Assembly: GCA_030679985.1 (NCBI GenBank)
Contig: JAUXSI010000004.1
Coordinates: 1 to 46,168, forward strand
Reading direction: 5' to 3'
DNA length: 46,168 nucleotides
From: Candidatus Moraniibacteriota bacterium
Lineage (GTDB): Bacteria > Patescibacteriota > Minisyncoccia > Moranbacterales > UBA2206
Below are positions 38,036 to 46,168 of this stretch, one piece after another. Position numbers and translations under genes: made by a program. The notes under the pieces are model-generated. The model ran no database searches and was not told the DNA's origin. It worked only from the letters and a program-made list of their open reading frames with translations. Position 1 is the stretch's first letter. Every line of letters begins with the position of its first letter.

Positions 38036-38578
38036 ATGGAATTGGATATCGTAAAATTTTTCAACAGGCTGTGGCGGGGAACGGCGGTCGATCGGGTGAC
38101 GGGCTTCGTGAACCGGAGGCTGTATCTGGCTGTTTTTTGGACGGCTTTGACGATCGGCATATTTTTTTGGGCTGGAAATGGGAGAGTTATCGCGATAACT
38201 ATGGGAGTGGCGGCCGGTTTGCATTTCGCGATCACTGAGGGGGTATTCAAATACTTATTGGATAGGCACTTGAACAAGGTCAGGCCCTACATCGCCCATC
38301 CGGACAAGATTTTTCCGATCGGTCGGATGTTCAGTGATTCATCTTTTCCTTCAAGCCATATGTCAGCCAATCTGGCGCCGTTGGCAGTCTTATGGTATTT
38401 TTATCCGGCTATTTGGCCGGTGGCGGTCGCCTGGGTCTTGATTACGGCTTACACCAGATTGCATAGCGGCATGCATTACCCGAGCGATATAGCGGCTGGA
38501 GCGGTTTTGGGAATGGCTTACGGCATATCCGCGGTTTATCTGGTAAATTATTTTTTCAACTGTTATGTATTATCTTGA
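38036..38578 (+). CDS. PAP2-family membrane phosphatase (paralog of 35550)
   Basis: KVRPY, SFPSSH, TRLHSGMHYPSDI; start at MELDIVKFFN. Confidence 0.9.
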   Translation: MELDIVKFFNRLWRGTAVDRVTGFVNRRLYLAVFWTALTIGIFFWAGNGRVIAITMGVAAGLHFAITEGVFKYLLDRHLNKVRPYIAHPDKIFPIGRMFSDSSFPSSHMSANLAPLAVLWYFYPAIWPVAVAWVLITAYTRLHSGMHYPSDIAAGAVLGMAYGISAVYLVNYFFNCYVLS

Positions 38579-39230
38579 TCTCATCGGGACGTTGGCTTTT
38601 GCCATCGCAGGAGCTTTCAAGGCCAAAAGCCGTGGCTTGAACATCTTTGGCGTGGTTTTTCTGGGCATTATCACCGCGGTAGGCGGAGGGACTTTCCGGG
38701 ATTTGATAATCGGCCGGGCTCCGCTTTTCTATCTGGAGGATTCGAATTATCTCTTGGTCGCCATCGCAGGCGGAATCCTGACCTTCACCATCCCGCACAT
38801 CTTTAAGAAAGGCTATTCCTGGTTTCGTTTCCTTGATTCTATCGGCTTGGCTGCGTTCGTCATCATCGGAGCCTCGGTGACGCATAAGCATCTCTTCGCG
38901 GATTATTCCGATTGGAGCGTTATCGCGTTCCTTGCCTCGGTTTTTATGGGGATGGTGACTGGTTTCGGCGGCGGAGTCATCCGCGATGCGATTATGGGCG
39001 ACACGCCCTATGCTTTCAAGCAGGAATCGACCTATATCACCGCGACATTCATCGGAGCCTTCGCGTTTTATGTCCTGATGTTTTTGGATATCAATCTGGC
39101 GGTATTGGTTTCTTTTTTACTGACAATGGTTTGGCGGGAGGTCGTTTCCAAATATGGTTTATGTAGGCGGGTCCTGAAAAACACCTGTGGCTTCAAGCTC
39201 GGCTTTGATTTTTTGAAAAAATTGGTATAA
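38565..39230 (+). CDS. TRIC/YadS (UPF0126) family membrane protein
   Basis: GTLAFAIAGA, TAVGGGTFRDL, LDSIGLAAF, TGFGGGVIRD. Confidence 0.9.
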   Translation: MYYLDLIGTLAFAIAGAFKAKSRGLNIFGVVFLGIITAVGGGTFRDLIIGRAPLFYLEDSNYLLVAIAGGILTFTIPHIFKKGYSWFRFLDSIGLAAFVIIGASVTHKHLFADYSDWSVIAFLASVFMGMVTGFGGGVIRDAIMGDTPYAFKQESTYITATFIGAFAFYVLMFLDINLAVLVSFLLTMVWREVVSKYGLCRRVLKNTCGFKLGFDFLKKLV

Positions 39231-39263
39231 ACTGGGCGATATAACCAAGTTAAGGATTATTTT

Positions 39264-40580
39264 ATGTTGGATATCAAATTTATCCGGGAAAATAGGGAAG
39301 AAATCAAAAAAGTGATTGAAAATAAGTGCGTCGTTTTGGATTTGGACGCGCTATTGGCAGTGGATGAAAAAAGAGTGGCGCTGTTGCAAGAGATGGAAGG
39401 TCTGAGTGCCGAGAAAAACAGATTGAATGAAGAGATAAAGTTGGTCGCAGACAAGACGAGTGTGATCGAACGCGGCAAGGAAGTGAAAGAAAAAATGGCA
39501 GTGACCGAGCCGGAATATAAAAAAATTAAAAATGAGTTCGAATCTTTGATGGTCAAGGTGCCAAATATCGTTTCTCCTGATACGCCGATCGGAAAAAGTG
39601 AAGAGGGGAACGTGGAAATCTATCGCAGTGATAATGTCCCGCAATTCGATTTTGTTCCCAAGGATCATATTCAGTTGGGGAAAGACTTGGATATTTTGGA
39701 TTTGGAGAGAGGCGCGAAGGTGGGCGGTTATCGGGGCTATTATGTGAAGAATGAAGGCGTATCCTTAATGATGGGATTCATGATGTATGCTATCAACAAG
39801 ATGATGACCCGTGGGTATTCCCCGATGATCGTACCGACTCTGGTGAAGGAATTTTCACTTTTCGGCAGCGGATATTTCAAGGGTTTGGAATATAACCAGG
39901 AAGTCGATGAGATATACAGGGTGGCGACTTCAGACAAAGAACCAACGGGAGAAATAAGCAAGGATAATAAATTTTTAGTCGGGACAGCCGAGCCGTCGCT
40001 GTTGGCCTATTATGCGGATGAAGTTTTGCAGGAAAGCCAGCTACCGATGCGTTTGTGCGGCTATTCACAATGCTATCGCAGTGAGATCGGCAGTTATGGC
40101 AAGGACACTAAGGGTATGTATCGCGTGCATGAGTTTATGAAAGTCGAGCAGGTCATTCTGGCTCAAGCCGATGTCGAAGAGACGAACAGATTGCAGGAAG
40201 AAATGGTGGTGATTTCCAAGGAGATGCATGAAGAACTAGGGTTGCCCTATCGGCAATTGCAGATTTGCACGGGCGACATGGGCTTGGGCAAATATAAGAT
40301 GTTTGATTTGGAGGCTTGGATGCCCGGACTTAACCGCTATGGCGAAACCGGCTCAGCTTCAAATTTCACCGACTGGCAAGCGCGCAGATTGAACGTGAAA
40401 TATATGGATAAGAACGGTGAAAGAAAATATGTCTATATGCTGAACAACACCGCCTTGCCGAGTCCGCGCATCTTCATCGCTATCTTGGAAAATCACCAGC
40501 AAGCTGACGGCTCCATCAAAATCCCGGAAGTCTTGAAAAAATTTATGCCGGTGGCGATGGATACTATCCAAAAGAAATAG
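39264..40580 (+). CDS. serS: Seryl-tRNA synthetase
   Basis: MLDIKFIREN, GTAEP, CYRSEIGSYGKDTKGMYRVHEF.KVEQ, DLEAWMP, LNNTA, ILENHQ. Confidence 0.97.
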   Translation: MLDIKFIRENREEIKKVIENKCVVLDLDALLAVDEKRVALLQEMEGLSAEKNRLNEEIKLVADKTSVIERGKEVKEKMAVTEPEYKKIKNEFESLMVKVPNIVSPDTPIGKSEEGNVEIYRSDNVPQFDFVPKDHIQLGKDLDILDLERGAKVGGYRGYYVKNEGVSLMMGFMMYAINKMMTRGYSPMIVPTLVKEFSLFGSGYFKGLEYNQEVDEIYRVATSDKEPTGEISKDNKFLVGTAEPSLLAYYADEVLQESQLPMRLCGYSQCYRSEIGSYGKDTKGMYRVHEFMKVEQVILAQADVEETNRLQEEMVVISKEMHEELGLPYRQLQICTGDMGLGKYKMFDLEAWMPGLNRYGETGSASNFTDWQARRLNVKYMDKNGERKYVYMLNNTALPSPRIFIAILENHQQADGSIKIPEVLKKFMPVAMDTIQKK

Positions 40581-40643
40581 AATTTTCCGAAAAAGACTTT
40601 GTACGATATAGGCAGGGTCTTTTTCGTTTGGTATGATTCAATT

Positions 40644-41990
40644 ATGGAAAACAATAACCGCCTTAAGAAATTCATCGCTAACCCCCGGAGGGCTTTGTTC
40701 GTGTTGGCCGGTCCTGTCTTGGTCGGTATGGCAGTCCAGACAGCCTATAGCATAGCCGATACCGCGTTTGTCGGCCGACTGGGCGCTCCGGCTATCGCGG
40801 CCTTGTCGTTCGCCTCCCCGCTGTTTTTCATCTTGATCGCGATCAACTCCGGCATAAGCACGGGAATGAGTTCCATGGTCGCGCGTTTTCTGGGGGCTGA
40901 GGACAAGGCGAAGGCCGAAAACTCCGCCTTGCACGCGGTCGCGATTTCCGTCGCTACTGCCCTGGTGATTTCCGTCTTGGGCTTTTTCATTTTGCGTCCG
41001 ATGCTGGTCTTGTTCGGAGCGTCGGGGGATGTCTTGGAATTGGCAGCCGGCTATCTGCGGATCATCTTCATCGGGACGTTATTCATGTTTCCCGCCTTCA
41101 CCATCGACAGTATATTTTCTTCCGAGGGCGATACTCTGTTGTCGATGAAAATCCAGATTTTCAGCCTGGCAGTGAACATCGTTTTGGATCCAATCTTCAT
41201 CTACGGTTTCCATCTGGGAGTCCGAGGGGCGGCGTTGGCGACGCTTATCGCCACCTTCTCAGCCCTCGCCGTTTCCGTCTACTACCTTAAGAAAAAATCA
41301 TACATCAAGCTGGACCCGCGCTATTTCCGCTTTTCCTGGGAAATAATCCGGGAAAACTTTTCCATCGGGATCCCGTCGGCTTTTATGATAGTGCTCATTT
41401 CGATGTATGTGGTTTTTTTGAACAGGCTGATGGCCCATTTCGGCACCGACTACGTGGCGTCTTTCGGATTGGTTTCACGTTTGGAAAGCGTGGCGATCCT
41501 GCTTCCGGTCGGTTTTTCCGTCGCCCTGCTGACCTTGACCGGAATGTTTTATGGCGCCAAGCGCTATGATCTGTTGAAAAACATCGTTTGGTATGCGATC
41601 GGGATATCTTCCGCCTTTTCCGCATCGATCGGAATCATTTTTTTTATTTGGCCGGAGATTTTTTTACGCATCTTCACGGCCGATGAAAACCTGCTGGCAC
41701 TGGGCGGCGGCTATCTGCGGCTGGATGTCCTGACTTTCCCGTTGATGGCGGTTATGATGACGGCCACCCGGGCGTTGCAAGGGGTCGGAACCGGGGTTCC
41801 GGGATTCGTAGCCAATCTGGTCAGGATTTTTTTGGTGGCGGTTCCGCTGGCATATCTGTTCGTCTATGTTTTCGGTTTCGGGTATCTGTCCATCGCCTGG
41901 GCTATGGTGCTGGGAGGAATAGCCGCGGATACGGTGCTGGTTATTTGGCTTGTAATAAAGCTAACCGGACTAAACGGCAAAAGCACTTGA
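40644..41990 (+). CDS. MATE family efflux transporter
   Basis: DTAFVGRLG, NIVLDPIFI...LGVRGAALAT; about 12 TM; start at 40644 with TG-g-TATGAT 6 nt upstream. Confidence 0.92.
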   Translation: MENNNRLKKFIANPRRALFVLAGPVLVGMAVQTAYSIADTAFVGRLGAPAIAALSFASPLFFILIAINSGISTGMSSMVARFLGAEDKAKAENSALHAVAISVATALVISVLGFFILRPMLVLFGASGDVLELAAGYLRIIFIGTLFMFPAFTIDSIFSSEGDTLLSMKIQIFSLAVNIVLDPIFIYGFHLGVRGAALATLIATFSALAVSVYYLKKKSYIKLDPRYFRFSWEIIRENFSIGIPSAFMIVLISMYVVFLNRLMAHFGTDYVASFGLVSRLESVAILLPVGFSVALLTLTGMFYGAKRYDLLKNIVWYAIGISSAFSASIGIIFFIWPEIFLRIFTADENLLALGGGYLRLDVLTFPLMAVMMTATRALQGVGTGVPGFVANLVRIFLVAVPLAYLFVYVFGFGYLSIAWAMVLGGIAADTVLVIWLVIKLTGLNGKST

Positions 41991-42014
41991 GTCAAACCGG
42001 GATTGTGCTATCAT
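41987..42014 (+). promoter_or_regulatory. sigma70-type promoter
   Basis: TTGAGT-16 nt-(TGc)TATCAT. Confidence 0.6.
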
Positions 42015-42126
42015 ATAGGCAGGTTTTGCCGGACGGACTTGCGTGCGTCCGGTAAAAGTAATTATTAAAACAAATCATCCAGTCGGCGTCGCGAAGCGGC
42101 CGTCCGGCCGGATAGAAAACAAAATT

Positions 42127-42780
42127 ATGAAGAAGAGTCTGTTGGTTTCCCTGGTGGCCGCCTCAATGGCGATGTCCGGCGTGGCTTTCGCCCAGGATGA
42201 AACCGTAACGCAAAACCCTGATTGGCAAGCGAGGCAGGAAAAAAGGGGAGAGGTCCGGGCGGAGAAAAAAACCGCGATTGAAGACCGGAAAGAGGAAAGA
42301 CAGCAAAAAAGGGAAGAAACTCGCGAACAACGATGCGCCCGCATCCAGGAGCGGATCACCGAACGGGCTTCCAATTTCGAAGACCGGAAAGAAAAACATT
42401 TTTCGGTGTACTCGAATATGACCGACAGGATTTCAAAATTCATCGAAAAATTATCCGACCAGGGGTATGACGTTTCAAAGATAAAGGCGGATCTGGCGGT
42501 GTTGGAAGAAAAAATCCAAAAATTCTCCACTGATTATGCCGCGCAAGCCGCGAAGGTGGGTGAGACGAAAAATCTGGTTTGCGGCAATTCCGACGGCGAA
42601 TTCAAAAACGGCCTGGTCCAATCCAGGACGATGCTGAAAGCCGTGCATGATGACGCGGCGGATATCCGGAAATATATGCTGACAACCGTGCGGCCTGACA
42701 TCCAAGCTTTGCGCCAGCAGAAAGTCGAAGTGAAGAATACCGTGACTACGACGACGACTGAAGGTTCGACGACTGAATAA
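42127..42780 (+). CDS. Secreted coiled-coil hypothetical protein
   Basis: Signal peptide MKKSLLVSLVAASMAMSGVAFA; charged heptads; two Cys. Confidence 0.8.
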   Translation: MKKSLLVSLVAASMAMSGVAFAQDETVTQNPDWQARQEKRGEVRAEKKTAIEDRKEERQQKREETREQRCARIQERITERASNFEDRKEKHFSVYSNMTDRISKFIEKLSDQGYDVSKIKADLAVLEEKIQKFSTDYAAQAAKVGETKNLVCGNSDGEFKNGLVQSRTMLKAVHDDAADIRKYMLTTVRPDIQALRQQKVEVKNTVTTTTTEGSTTE

Positions 42781-42801
42781 CAATTCATTTAAAATAAAAA
42801 T

Positions 42802-43107
42802 ATGAAAAAAACATTATTAGTTTCCACTTTGGCGCTGGCGGTCGTGTTTTTGGCAGGTTGCGGCCAGCCGGAAACCGATACGAAGAACCAAGCTGGCAAA
42901 ACTCCGGTTTCCGTTTCGGATCAAAAGACAAAAACGCCTGACGAAAAGTCTGCGGCGGACGGTTCCCAAACCGGTTTGCCGGAAAGCGTCAGTACGCAAC
43001 CGGGCGTAACGGCGGATGAGGAGATAAAAAATATCGACAAAGATCTGCAGGCCATCGATGACAGCGTCCTAGAAGAAGGATTGTCAGATGCCGACTTGGG
43101 ATTATAA
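42802..43107 (+). CDS. Small lipoprotein
   Basis: Lipobox LAGC; disordered linker; acidic C-terminal helix. Confidence 0.8.
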   Translation: MKKTLLVSTLALAVVFLAGCGQPETDTKNQAGKTPVSVSDQKTKTPDEKSAADGSQTGLPESVSTQPGVTADEEIKNIDKDLQAIDDSVLEEGLSDADLGL

Positions 43108-43127
43108 ATTCAAAAAATGGAAAAATA

Positions 43128-43162
43128 ATAGGGCGCAGGAGAAAATCTCTCTTGCGCCCTAT
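43128..43162. terminator. Terminator between convergent genes
   Basis: ATAGGGCGCAGGAGA...TCTCTTGCGCCCTAT. Confidence 0.75.
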
Positions 43163-43183
43163 GCTTTATCGTGCCGCTGGTTG

Positions 43184-43798
43184 TTACGTCGGCGGGTTTA
43201 ACACCTTGACGATCAAGGTGTTGCCGGCACTCTGGACTTTTTTTACCCGCTCGTAACCGTTCTTGCCCCAGCCGACAAAAAAATCCAAATGATGGCCTTT
43301 GATGCCGCCGCCTGTGTCTTCGGCGACGAAAACTTTTTCCCGGCCGTCCAGCGGATCGACCAGAAGAAATCGCGTTCCGCGCGGAAAAACTTCCGGGTCG
43401 GTGGCGACGATGCCCAGGCGCGGTTTCGTGCCGTAGGCTGTCAGTTTGCCCTTGCCGTTCATTTGAACCTCTTTTTTGAAATTCCCGTTGAAGAATTTTT
43501 TTTGGTTCTTTTCCGGCCCATAGTAGGCTGTGAACTTGATTTCGACGATCTGGGTTTCTTCGCCAGGGTGACTGGGAAACGCCAGTGGTTTATTTTTGGA
43601 ATGACTGGGAATAAACCGGATGTTGCGCGAAGATTCGGTAGTGACTGGCTCAGTGGTATTTCTGGCAGCAATTTTTGCATAAATTTCCCGAGGGAAATTT
43701 CCGTAAAAATTACCTATAGAACTATCATACTGATATTGAGTTAGCCACCACATCGTTAGCAACAAGAAGATGGTTTTCGGATTGATTTCTTGCCTCAT
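43184..43798 (-). CDS. 3D-domain (MltA-like/Sps) cell-wall protein
   Basis: FTAYY, TAYG, VATDPEVFPRGT, AEDTGGGIKGHHLDFF; SD GGAGGAG upstream. Confidence 0.85.
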   Translation of the reverse strand: MRQEINPKTIFLLLTMWWLTQYQYDSSIGNFYGNFPREIYAKIAARNTTEPVTTESSRNIRFIPSHSKNKPLAFPSHPGEETQIVEIKFTAYYGPEKNQKKFFNGNFKKEVQMNGKGKLTAYGTKPRLGIVATDPEVFPRGTRFLLVDPLDGREKVFVAEDTGGGIKGHHLDFFVGWGKNGYERVKKVQSAGNTLIVKVLNPPT

Positions 43799-43942
43799 TT
43801 TTTCTCCTCCTGTGATTGGTCTCGCTTGTCTCTCCGTTTGAAAAATCGGGCGATGTTATCGCCGCGCGTCCTTCAAACCGGACTTTGTTTTCTACTGACT
43901 CTTCATTTGGTTTTCAAACAACCTTCCCTACCCTCTATATGA

Positions 43943-43971
43943 ACGATACATATATATCGACTTTTTGTCAA
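43943..43971 (-). promoter_or_regulatory. Promoter of the 3D-domain gene
   Basis: Minus strand TTGACA-17 nt-TATCGT. Confidence 0.65.
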
Positions 43972-43999
43972 ATAGACGGGTCTTATTGCGTACTACAGC

Positions 44000-44105
44000 T
44001 TGACTGCCGATTAACTTTCCTTTATACTGAAAAAGCTGTCCAATAAAAGTTATCAACAGGGCGGAACGGAGGGGGGTTGACAAGTTTTTTAGGGCTTGCT
44101 AAACT
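44000..44105 (+). promoter_or_regulatory. Tandem rRNA promoters P1/P2
   Basis: TTGACT-17-TATACT (44000-44028) and TTGACA-17-TAAACT (44077-44105). Confidence 0.8.
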
Positions 44106-44285
44106 ACACAAGTACTGCAAAGGAAATCTTTTTTTGAGATAAGAATTTAACAATAAAACCGCAAAACGAATAATAGCTAAAAACCTATAAATTCGGGTGA
44201 AAGAAGATACAGCAATGGAAGTATCGCAAGGATATTTTTACCGCTGTGTTTTTTGTTCCTGCCATTCGGCGGTCGAAAAATAGCT

Positions 44286-44303
44286 ACCTTGACAAGTGAA
44301 TAT
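44286..44303 (+). promoter_or_regulatory. boxA-like/processing-stem motif in the structured rRNA leader
   Basis: ACCTTGACAAGTGAATA resembles rRNA leader boxA motifs; surrounded by multiple hairpins. Confidence 0.4.
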
Positions 44304-44512
44304 ACATGTATATGTTCAGAAATTGCCTGGGATGGATTAGTAGCCATTCCGGTGTGATTAATAAATCGCAATTTTTTGTGATTAGTCCTTTCTTATCACC
44401 TTCGGGTGGTTTGATAAGAGCTACAACTTTTAAAGTCGCAAGATTTTAAAAACAAATTCCTGGATTCATTAGATACCAGGTAGTTGCAAATCTCTTCGGA
44501 GGTTTGGAACTT

Positions 44513-46149
<1,637 letters not shown>

Positions 46150-46168
46150 CTAGGGAGTAGTGGTGAAC

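Noticed and set aside
33146-39263. Integron cassette array
   Set aside because: Spacers are too short or overlapping, no attC-like RYYYAAC...GTTRRRY hairpins were seen, and no integrase is present
43799-43942. c-di-AMP (ydaO) riboswitch upstream of the 3D gene
   Set aside because: I could not find the conserved ydaO sequence motifs; kept only as an unclassified structured leader
44050-44058. DnaA box / oriC
   Set aside because: A single TTATCAACA only; no box cluster, unwinding element or dnaA nearby

Overview
Core-genome segment of a Patescibacteria/CPR bacterium (Parcubacteria-like, inferred from 16S signatures, shortened rRNA helices and gene content). Almost every gene is on the + strand. 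In order: rarA; a surface-glycan block (3 GT4 glycosyltransferases, a Wzz-like protein, DUF4012, murJ); lepA; CIRCE-dnaJ; a PIF1-like helicase; tRNA-Lys; frr-rseP; mreBCD-mrdA; greA; an AT-rich two-gene island (AsnB-type amidotransferase with an N-terminal pro-segment plus a cysteine hydrolase); lysS; a dense 10-gene array of nucleotide house-cleaning enzymes and phosphatases; serS; a MATE transporter; and a 16S rRNA gene. The most unusual signal is a family of about 110-150 bp AT-rich, 7-nt-periodic hairpin elements. Three sit just upstream of start codons between co-oriented genes. A fourth is an intervening sequence in 16S rRNA and is colinear with the mreB-mreC copy once a nested 20-nt GC palindrome is removed. 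Also notable: self-contained promoter-ORF-terminator cassettes (one flanked by a duplicated promoter), several apparently leaderless genes, a greA leader terminator, and in-frame TAG codons in rarA and lepA that most likely reflect base-call errors. All counts and alignments were done by eye.
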